The notes under the pieces were generated by a model. The model ran no database searches, was not told where the DNA came from, and worked only from the letters and a program-made list of their open reading frames with translations. A DNA stretch of 64,000 nt from Octopus sinensis (Eukaryota), in assembly GCF_006345805.1 (NCBI RefSeq), contig NC_042997.1, positions 202,492,001 through 202,556,000 of the forward strand, in the 5' to 3' direction. Shown here piece after piece: positions 14,101 to 24,176 of the stretch; the stretch's first letter is position 1, and each line of letters opens with the position of its first letter. The position numbers and the translations under genes are program-made.

Positions 14101-14491
14101 TTTGGAAATCCCAGTCAGCATCGAAGCTACACAAAAATCTTATGTACTGCATTGCTATCTCCTCTAAAAGACAAGCTTACTATAGAGGAGATTCTTGGCT
14201 ACCCCAGTAGGACAAGAAAGGAGAGGAAGAGAAAATGGAGTGAGTGAAACGGGGGAGGTAGATATGTCGGCATAAACTACAAATATGTGAGTGGAAGGAC
14301 CTGCAGCAGATGGTGATCACGGGCAGCTAGGAAAAGGGGTTGCAGTGTATTTTGACACAGGACAGATCATCTGAGAGAAAGTCAAGTGGTAATGGAATAT
14401 TCCTCTATGGATGGATGGCCACAAGCTCAAATCAGGTATATATTATATATATTAAAAAAAAAAAAAGGAAGGCAGGCATTTAAAAAAAAGT

Positions 14492-14497
14492 TTTATT
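14492..14497 (-). promoter_or_regulatory. Candidate polyadenylation signal AATAAA of eIF1 copy A
   Basis: TTTATT on + strand ~226 nt past the stop; conserved in copy B (54098-54103). Confidence 0.55.
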
Positions 14498-14723
14498 AAT
14501 TGCATACAAAAAAAGTAATAAAGCACTAAAAGACAGCCATTCCCAAATAATGGGATAAATTTACATAGGTATCATGGCCAGTGATTCAGCCGAATTCAGT
14601 GAAGATCTAATTTAAAAGAAAAAATTAGGATGGACAAATACATCAACGGCCAATAAATACATTGCTACCTGTTTTGAAGGTCCAAGTACATAGTAGCAAT
14701 AGGCGCTGGATCAGCAGAGGTAC

Positions 14724-16284
14724 TTAGAAACCATGTACCTAAAACGAAAGGAAACATCACAAGATAATTACAGGAAAGAATTTAAATGACATACATACAA
14801 ATGGTCTTCAATAAAAAATAGAGAAATAACCATAGTTACCTTTAACTGTTCATCTTTGGCAATCTTGCGACACTTCAGAAACTCCTTTATATTGGTTCTC
14901 TGATCTCCTTGCAACTGTATAACTTCCCCGTACTCAGGATGGTCCACTACAGTACCATTACAGGCGAATTCCTGTTAAAAAGCACAACTTCCGTTAACAA
15001 TACAGAAACACTTAAAAATTAATACAACAATCGACAAAAGAAATTACGTCATAAAAGCACAAGAAGAAAAAGACATTCGATGCCAACCAAACTTACTCTC
15101 TTGCAGGCCTTGACTATCTTTTTTAAGTCGAATTGCGTCGAGATTCCTTGCACAGTAGTTAGGGTTTTTCGCCCGTTTCTCTGTTGAATCCGAATATGAA
15201 TTATACTGTCTTGAACGCCAGCACAACCACCAACTTCATCGCTGGCAGTCTTCAGATCTGAAACGACCAAAAATTCCTCAACTCAAAGATTCCACTACAG
15301 CTGCCTGACTGCGCATGCGCCTGCCAGCCCACTTTAGACACAAATGGCAACAGTTTGCTTTGCACAATATATATATTACATTTTAAAACAAATTTGCAAT
15401 CAAGAAATAAACCAATAATGCATAATAAAATCTGTGCTATCCAGTGATCAGATGAACCACTGCAAAAAAAAAAAATGCAGCTGCAGAGAAGTGCTTGGAA
15501 CTGTGTCTATAGCCACTCCTCAAAGACAAAAGATGGCTAGTTAGATATACACTTAATATATATATATTTTTTTTTTTTGCAAAACTGGATTTTTGGGGTT
15601 AAAGGGAAAGAAGAAGGAAAGATGACCAAGAGCAGTTTTAATTTATATGCAACTGACATCACGAGTAAATAAAATTCCTTTACAAAAAATTGTTTTTCAT
15701 TTGTAGATTTCAAATAAAAGATATAATTTATCAAATTGGAAATTAGTCCCATTTTTTTTTTTACCTCATCAGTAGAAAAAGAGGATATTAAGTGTTAAGT
15801 GTAATATAATTCCTATTAGGTTCAAATAAAATTATGGTTAGGAAATGGAATATATTGCAAAAATGAAGAAATTTCTTCATTTTTGCAATATATTTTGCAA
15901 TATACTACATAGAGTAGTAGTGATTCTGTTTCTAAGACCAATATTGATTGCTCAGCTATAGACAATCCACAAAGGAGTGGATGCGAGATTGCAAATTGCA
16001 AATATTTAAAAATGCATAAGCACTGAAAGGTAATAACGAGTGGAAATTTGAACAAAAACGAGTAAAAGATAAATTTTGGATGAAAGATGAAAAAAGATGG
16101 CGGAGGAAGAGAGCAAAGTAGGCCATAAATAAATAAATCAATCTTGAAATCCATGAAGAAAAACGGTTCTTCATCATTGCATTTCGTAATATTCGATTCC
16201 AGAGGTCTAATTTATGGGAATGGTTAGGATTTTGAGTGAAAATATTCGATACTTACCTAAAGAAAGGCTCGGGATACAGGTCAT
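14724..16284 (-). CDS. EIF1: Eukaryotic translation initiation factor 1 (eIF1/SUI1), copy A, 111 aa, 4 exons
   Basis: Exons 16284-16257, 15257-15097, 14971-14840, 14738-14724 (28+161+132+15=336 nt), all GT-AG, phases 1/0/0. Protein MTCIPSLSLDLKTASDEVGGCAGVQDSIIHIRIQQRNGRKTLTTVQGISTQFDLKKIVKACKREFACNGTVVDHPEYGEVIQLQGDQRTNIKEFLKCRKIAKDEQLKVHGF carries the SUI1 signatures. Confidence 0.95.
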
Positions 16285-16299
16285 ACAGCAGGTAGTGTT

Positions 16300-16700
16300 T
16301 ATTCCACCAAATGGTATCAAACCCCGACAGTGAGGGGTGGCAAAGAGTTTTTTCTCGAGTTAAAAAGGAAAGCGAAGGCTAAATCGATACACACAAAGGG
16401 AAGACCTTGTGTGTATGTATCAACTTGTTGATGGGTTTTAAAAAACAGGAAGAATTCAAGAAGAGCGAGTAAGAAATGAAACACAGTTGGGTTGCAGAAA
16501 AAGCGAAATGAACTGCTCGTTGAGCAAGCAGGAAACAGAGTGGCTCGGAGATCAGAGAGGAATGGCTGAGAGTGACAAAGTAAGGGTCTTTTATTGCGAA
16601 TGGTGACGTTTCAACGAACTTCACATTTCGACCAATCAAAACAAAGTCTCACAAAATGTTCGAGAATAACGCAGATAGTTAGTAACCAAATTTTTTTTTT
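16300..16700 (-). promoter_or_regulatory. 5' UTR / core promoter region of eIF1 copy A
   Basis: CpG-enriched relative to background. CCAATCA box at 16632-16638 is conserved in copy B (58097-58103). TSS not determinable from sequence. Confidence 0.55.
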
Positions 16701-18229
16701 ACTTTACTGAATATTTATTTTTTTCGCTTCACTGAAATGTAATTTCGTTGAATTAAATCTTATTTTGAACGTAAAACTTTATTTTATTTTACTATTATTC
16801 AATTTTTCTCGTGACAATGCTATTTCTCACCTACTCAGGTGTCTTCTTTTGCCGTCTAAATTCTAAATATCTAATTTAGACAGTCCATGACAGACATATT
16901 ATTAGTATTAGTAAAATTATTTATGTAACGGTTTCACAGCTGAGCCAAAATTGCCATGATTAATAAGATAAATAACGTGTGTCTGCAAGTAGCAGTACAC
17001 AGAGGGAGTTCGAATAGAATTTTTATCGAATTTGTTGGTTATTGATGATATATTGAATAATTTATTTGCAAGCAATCACTATCCAAAATCTATTCACAGT
17101 TTTTTGTTGTTTTTTTTTTACCTTTCCACTCCTTTCACATGACTAATTGTACATATTTAATTTTCTTCATGATTGATGTCATGATTTCCAGGAAGAAAAA
17201 AAAAAGCTCCACCCTTAAATAATTAAAGCATGATAAAAGTAGGTATTTCTCAACCATAAAAATAATGATAGCGTAGGGAGCAATCTGTATTTCACTTTTG
17301 TTTTACATGAAAAATATAACTAGTTATGGCGAACCTCTTAAATCCAGTCATCTGCTCGTATTAAGTAAGTATATTGTTTTCTACTGAAATTGACTGGAGA
17401 ATAATTTACACAATATTGTAACTTTTTCTCAATCATTCGTGTTATATGTTTCTTCTCTGTAACTGACCAAAAATTAAAGTAATTCTAGCTTGTAGAAATA
17501 CACTATACACACTTTAAAATTGCGCATATGTACATGTCTTCACTTATCTCTGGCATTAAACTGCGGCCATGCTGGGGCACCGCCTTGGAAGATGTATGAG
17601 ATCGTTTCATTTTCCTGCATTGTTTTTATTTTTAAATACCCCCAGGATCATTTTATTAGAAATAATTTCTAATAATCGCTTAGTTCTAAATATAATCACA
17701 AACAAGATTTAAAATTATAATGATAATTACAATTATCTACATGCGTTACACACGAGAAAACTGTACAGTCAATATATTTATCAATTATTCTATTATCTCG
17801 ATATTATTTAGTTTTAATCGATCTCTTTAAAAGTCAATAAAAATGTATATTTTTTTCTGTTAGTCTGTCAACAAGAATTCAGTCGTATATTACATAATAA
17901 TTATAAAGATGACAACTCATGACAGATATTTAACATTTTTATCAATTGTAAATTATATAATTTAAAGTTAATTTCATTGTTTACTTTTCTTGTGTGCATT
18001 TGCATGACAGTTGTTTGACTCTTTGGAAAAAGAATTTTGTGAAGAATATCTAATTTGCAAAAGAATATTTAGTGGAACCGAAAAGCTGTAGGAGGTCTGT
18101 TGGAAGAAGAAAAGACGACATGGAACCAAGGAAGATGAGTAATGGCTACTGTACGCAGACCGACTGAGTGTGCTGAACATTTAGCTGATGAACATCTCAC
18201 CAAATAATAATCCCTTCTACTACAAGCAC

Positions 18230-18575
18230 AAGACCAGAAATTTTGGGGAAGGAAGCTAGTTGATTACATTAACCCCAGTTCTTGACTTGCTCCTCGACGG
18301 AATGGGAGATCCGAAGATGGACGAAATGCCGCTAAGCATTTTCCCCGACCTGTTAAGGATTCTACCAGCTTGCTACCTTAATGATAATAGTCCTTTCGAC
18401 TATAGGCGCAAAGCAAGGCATTTTGGGGAAGGAGGCTTGTTGATTACGTCGATTCCAGTATGTAACTGGTACTTATTTTACCGACCCCGAAAGGATGAAA
18501 GGCAGAGTCGACTTTGGCGTAATTTGAAGTTATGGCGGACAGAATGCCGCTAAGCATTTTGCCCAGCGTGCTACG
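18230..18575 (-). mobile_element. tRNA-type SINE family 2 fragments
   Basis: Reverse complement matches the 43410-43640 SINE (GGCAGAAACGTTAGCACGCCGGG...TTCAAATT...GACTTTGCCTTTCATCCTTTCGGGGTCGAT). Absent at the paralogous position in copy B. Confidence 0.75.
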
Positions 18576-19673
18576 GAGACTCTCGAATCTGTACAGAAAA
18601 CTGAATAACAAGCCCCTCATAGATTCAGGAAAGCAGTTCTAACAACATGATCGACTGACAGACCAACCAAATCTAAATTTCGGAGAAAGAAAAAGAACAT
18701 GTAAGGGTTAGGGAGAAAATAGGTGAAATTATCTTTGACTTACAAAAAAAAAGTATTTAAAACATATATTTCTGTATTAAAAGGTGAAATACAATTATAG
18801 GAGGCATGCAGAGACGGAAACCAACACCATTTTCACACACACCCCCCAAGAAGTGATAGTTTTGAGGAGGTGATTCAAAGAACCAAATCTACTGAACTTG
18901 CTCCTCTGTTTCATAATACATGTCTATTTTTAAGAATAATAGCTGGTGATTTGAAAGCAGGGTGTGAATAGGGAAGAGGAGATTTCTTTTGACTAGATTA
19001 CAGGTTCCATTTGTCATTTAAGATGGCTGTAATTGATTGTATTGACTAAGGAGTTTTTGTTGTTTTTTTTTACTTTGGAAGAATGAAAGTTGACTTGGCA
19101 ATGACAACAGTGAAATATTACTTTAAGATCATTTATGGGGTTGTTACACTGTCTCAATAGTTATTTTTGTGTTGTCTGGCACCATTACACTCAATTTGAT
19201 GAAGTGAGCATTGACAACATTTAATAAAGAAATAGGTGGTGAAAAAAAGCCCATTATTTATGCTAGTATGAGAGACAACTGAGTTTTGGCCTTATTGAAG
19301 CTCTTTAGCAAAGCATAAACATCGTACTTAGTGGAATAGAGTGATACAATAATCACTAAGTGTACACTTATAGGTCTAGAAGTATTCAGACAATGGGATA
19401 CTGCAATTCATTCATTTACTTTTACGTCTGTTTTTCCTAGCAAGCATGGCTTAGATAAGTATATTATTGGAGCATAGTTTCACAGCTGAATGCTTTCCTG
19501 TTGCTAACCCTTACCTGTTTCTCAAATAAAGGATATCTTATACCCCATGCTTTTGAAGATGCAAAGCCAGTATGGATGATTTGTTGATGGGAAATAATAG
19601 CAACATTACTGCTATTTTGGCAAATAGAAACAAACAAAAACATACATGCAAGCATATATATATATATATATAT

Positions 19674-21666
19674 ACAAATAACTACAGAGGTATCAAGCTG
19701 TTGGACCAGGTGATGAAGGTTACGGAGAGGGTCATAGCCCAACTAATTAGAGAGAGAGTTAGTTTAGATGAGATGCAGTTTGGGTTTGTGCCAGGGAAAA
19801 GTACTACTGATGCTATATTCCTGGTAAGGCAGCTGCAGGAGAAATACCTAGCCAAAGATAAGCCCCTGTACCTGGCTTTTGTTGACATGGAGAAAGCCTT
19901 CGACAGGGTCCCCCGATCCCTTATCTGGTGGGCAATGAGGAAACTAGGGATAGATGAATGGTTAGTGAGAGCTGTGCGGGCCATGTACAGGGACGCCGCT
20001 AGTAGGGTGAGGGTTGGAAATGTGTACAGTGAAGAATTCGGGTAGAGGTAGGAGTCCACCAAGGCTCAGTACTCAGCCCCCTCCTATTTATCATAGTCCT
20101 CCAGGCAATAACGGAGGAATTCAAGACAGGATGCCCTTGGGAGCTCCTCTATGCTGATGACCTTGCTCTAATTGCTGAGTCGCTATCAGAACTGGAGGAG
20201 AAGTTTCAGGTGTGGAAACAAGGATTAGAATCGAAGGGCCTCAGAGTCAATCTAGCTAAAACCAAAGTCGTAATCAGTAGGCAGGTAGATGGCCCTGCTC
20301 GATCTGTAGAAAAGGTGTAGGTAGAAACTCTATAAGATGCACCAAGTGTAAGCTATGGACACATAAGAGATGCAGCAATGTCAAAGGAAGGCTAACTAGG
20401 AAGATGGTTTTTGTATGTGGCAGATGCTCAGGAACAATAAACACTGAAAATGCTCTGAGACCAACTTCCGTCACTTTCCAGGGAGAAAAACTAGAAATAG
20501 TTGATAGTTTCCGTTACCTAGGTGACCAAGTCAGCAGCGGGGGCGGGTGTGCTGAAAGTGTAACTGCTAGAGTAAGAATAGCTTGGGCAAAGTTCAGAGA
20601 GCTCTTACCTCTGCTGGTGACAAAAGGCCTCTCGCACAGAGTGAAAGGCAGACTGTATGATGCGTGTGTACGAACAGCCATGCTACATGGCAGTGAAACA
20701 TGTGCCGTGACTGCTGAGGATATGCGTAAGCTCGCTAGAAATGAAGCCAGTATGCTCCGATGGATGTGTAATGCCGGTACTCACACTTGGCAGAGTGTAA
20801 GTACCTTGAGAGAAAAGCTGGACCTAAGAAGCATCAGTTGTGGTGTGCAAGAGAGACGTTTGCGCTGGTATGGTCATGTGGCGAGAATGGATGAAGATAG
20901 TTGTGTGAAAAAGTGCCACACCCTAGCGGTTGAGGGAACCTGTGGAAGAGGCAGACCCAGGAAAACCTGGGACGAGGTGGTGAAGCACGACCTTCGAACT
21001 TTAGGTCTCACTGAGGAAATGACTAGAGACCGAGACCTCTGGAAGTGTGCTGTGCGCGAGAAGACCCGGCAGGACAAGTGAGTCCATAACCCGTGGCCTT
21101 CTACATGGGATGGAGCCAGCCTACGTATGCATACCTTCCCTTCTTGGGACACAAAACTCTACTTGTGAAGACGTGATGAGGCAAGTGAGGATCAGAATCG
21201 AAATCGATCAATGGAAATTGTGGATGTGCTACCAGTGCCGGTGGCATGTCAAAACTGCTTGTGAAGACCCGTTGAGGCAAGTGACGATCAGAATCGAAAT
21301 CGATCAATGGAAATTGCAGATGTGTTACCAGTGCCGGTGGCATGTAAGAGAACTTACCGTTGCCAGCACCGCCCCGTTTCGTGTCCGTTGCCAGCCTCGC
21401 CTGGCCCTCGTGCCGGTGGCACATAAAAAGCACCATCCGTTCGTGGCCGTTTGCCAGCTCTGTCTGGCACCAGTGCGGGTGGCACGTAAAAAGCACCCAC
21501 TACACTCACGGAGTGGTTGGCGTTAGGAAGGGCATCCAGCCGTAGAAACACTGCCAGATTTGACTGGGCCTGATGAAGCCTTCTGGCTTCACAGACCCCA
21601 GTAGAACCGTCCAACCCATGCTAGCATGGAAAACGGACGCTAAACGATGATGATGATGATGATGAT
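19674..21666 (+). mobile_element. 5'-truncated RTE-clade LINE: RT and C-terminal ORF with frameshifts, plus structured 3' UTR ending in (GAT)n
   Basis: NYRGIKLL...QFGFVPGKSTTDAIF...FVDMEKAFDRVPR; HQGSVLSPLLF and LYADDLAL in the shifted frame; RYLG and RRLRWYGHV...GRGRPRKTW in ORF 20404-21081. Inserted in a TA microsatellite. Confidence 0.92.
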
Positions 21667-21691
21667 ATATATACATACATACACACATATA

Positions 21692-23233
21692 TGAGGGGGT
21701 ACCTGGGAAGGTTTTCTGTGGGACAAGCCCGTTATAGTTCAGCCTTCCACTACTAGAAGCCACTTGATGTGACCCTCAGGTATCAGTCTGCCAACTGGCA
21801 GCATCCAGTGAACTCATACTGCCACGTGGTGTATCTTTGTTTTGCAGTGCTTCTCCCCTGTTCGTCAATTTTTGCGATGGCTGAAATGAAGGAACAGTGT
21901 GCTTCCATGAAATTCTGTTTACTGCTGGGGAAAACAGCGGCTGAAACAGTTGTCATGCTTCAAACAGCTTACAAGGACACTGCCATGAGCAAAACATGAG
22001 TTTATGAGTGGTTTTCTTGCTTTAAGAATGGTCAGATGTCGCTTGAAGACCAACCTTGTTCAGGGTGTCTGTTGTCCTCCCAAATGAATGAAAACATCAC
22101 AAAAATTCATGAACTTATTCTGGAAGACTGTTCCCAAACAATTATTCTTTTACTTGTTTCAGTCATTTGACTATTCCTACACAATTGATAAACTTGTTGA
22201 TATGACTTGTATATTCTCAAGCTCCTGCCAACGAATTTTGAGTGAGAAATTGCGAATCAAAAGAGTTGCAGCAAAATATGTGCCTTGCTTGCTCATGGAA
22301 GATCGAAAGTAGTCATGATTAAATGCATGTCATTAACTGAAAGAACAGTTGGAAGTTGATCCAAATTATTTATCACTGGTGACAAACAATGGTGCTACGG
22401 CTACCACCTGGAAATGAAACAGCAATCAAGTCAGTGGAAGCATTCAATGTCACCACACCCCCAAAAGGTGTGTCAAGTGAAGTCCAATATCAAAACAATG
22501 CTGATTTGTTTCATTGATGCAAAAGGATATGTCCACACAGAATTTGTTCCTTCTAGTCAAACTGTTAACCAGACATTTTACTCGACAGTTCTGAAGTGTT
22601 TGTGAGACGAAAATGCCTTGACCTTTGACAAAGTGGAGAGTGGTGCTTTCATCACAATGAGCCACCTGCATACACTGCCTTGAATGTGAGACAGTTTTTG
22701 CCCAGAATGGCATGACCCCCACTTATCCACCCTCCCTATTCACCCATTCTTGCTCCTGCGACTTTCTTCTGTTCCCCTGAATGAAAAAGGTCCTTAACCC
22801 TTTCGTTACCGTATTTATTTTGAGATGCTCTGTGTTTCTTTCAATTACTTTAGATATAACAAAGAATTTAGTAAAATAACTTAGTTATCATTCAGCTACT
22901 GTTAGGAGCATAAATTGTGACTAAGGTTTGGTGGAAGATTTTAATTCAAAACTTATGAAAATAAGATATTTGTACTACAGAGCCAGTTTCAGCCGGGTTG
23001 GTAACGAAAGGGTTAAAGGAAAACATTTTGCGGACATAGAAGAGGTGATGAAAAAATGACGACGGCATTAAATGGCCACACGTTACAAAGTTTTGAACAG
23101 TGGAAAATGTTTCTGCACCAATGCATTGCTTCAAATGGAGAATATTTTGAAGGCATTGAACGTGTAAACATGTAAAACTGAGTAAATCAAAATTAATATT
23201 GCAAAATTCTGGTTTCTTTTGGGTATCCCCTTG
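21692..23233 (+). mobile_element. Decayed mariner transposon (irritans/Hsmar2-like) with nested MITE
   Basis: TA|TGAGGGGGTACC left end, GGTATCCCCTTG|TA right end. Broken ORF: EQCASMKFCLLLGKTAAETVVML, KRVAAKYVPCLL, ITGDKQWCYGY, KSNIKTMLICF, KKVLKGKHFAD. Confidence 0.85.
22798..23012. mobile_element. piggyBac-type MITE nested in mariner
   Basis: TTAA|CCCTTTCGTTACC...GGTAACGAAAGGG|TTAA. Removing it restores ATG AAA AAG GTC CTT AAA GGA AAA CAT TTT (MKKVLKGKHF). Confidence 0.9.
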
Positions 23234-23784
23234 TATATGTATGCCAGCCTCCACTGGCCCCTGTGCCGGTGGCATGTAAAAAACACCCACTACATTCACG
23301 GAGTGGTTGGCGTTAGGAAGGTCATCATTCCAGGGATGACAAGTTCAGCCACTGAGTCACAGAGAGTAAGGAACTCCATATCTAAGACTAATAACCATTT
23401 CATCCATAATCATTAGTTTCTCAAAATATATTTTGTTGGACCATCAAGTATGAATTAAACATTTATGGGATGAAAAAAGAAGCATGCAGTATAAGCAATA
23501 AAGTAATTGGCATTAGTAAGGATATCCAGTTGTAGATGCCAAAGCAGACACTTGGAGCATGTTACTGTTCTTGGACCCTTTGGAGTCTGTCAAACTATCC
23601 AACCCGTGTCAGCATGAAACATGGACATTAAATAATGATAATATAGTTATATAACAATAGTGAAATATATCAAGTACATTATTCATAGTGCAATCATTAT
23701 CTGGAATGCAATTCAGTATACTGGGAAGAGTGGATTGATATATACACTTATTACTTCAAAGTTGACTGTCTACTGGGCTCTTCA

Positions 23785-23820
<36 letters not shown>

Positions 23821-23821
<1 letters not shown>

Positions 23822-24176
23822 CTTTTACTTGTTTCAGTCATTTGATAGCGGCCATGCTGGAGCACCGCCTTTAGTCGAGCAAATCGACCCCGGGACTTAT
23901 TCTTTGTAAGCCCAGTACTTATTCTATCGGTCTCTTTTGCCGAACCGCTAAGTGACGGGGACGTAAACACACCAGCATCGGTTGTCAAGAAATGCTAGAG
24001 GGACAAACACAGACACACATACATATATATACGACAGGCTTCTTTCAGTTTCCGTCTACCAAATCCATTCACAAGGCATTGGTCGGCCCGGTTCTATAGC
24101 AGAAGACACTTGCCCAAGATGCCACACAGTGAGACTGAACCCGGAACCATGTGGTTGGTTAGCAAGCTACTTACTA
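23821..24176 (-). mobile_element. tRNA-derived SINE family 1
   Basis: Reverse complement of the 44632-45025 copy (B-box GGTTCAGTCC-like head, GACTAAAGGCGGTGCTCCAGCATGGCCGC tail). Confidence 0.85.

Larger units (their letters stand above)
10915..19670 (+). repeat. Segmental duplication copy A (eIF1 locus); direct repeat of ~50835->64000
   Basis: Collinear homologous blocks: 11220-11570 vs 51090-51500, 13450-13660 vs 51960-52210, 14400-15420 vs 54000-55010, 15960-19200 vs 57340-60920, 19260-19660 vs 63600-63990. Confidence 0.9.

Noticed and set aside
14643-14723. 26 open codons after the eIF1 stop in both copies (possible readthrough)
   Set aside because: TAA-G is not a leaky context, and conservation is explained by the near-identical tract between paralogs.
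16249-16258. ATACTTACCT resembles the 5' end of U1 snRNA
   Set aside because: It is the reverse complement of the eIF1 exon 1 donor (AG|GTAAGTAT); no U1 body or Sm site follows.
21162-21500. CRISPR-like regularly repeated units (also 58133-58753 and 63160-63440)
   Set aside because: Eukaryotic context, no unique spacers and no cas genes; these are tandem duplications.
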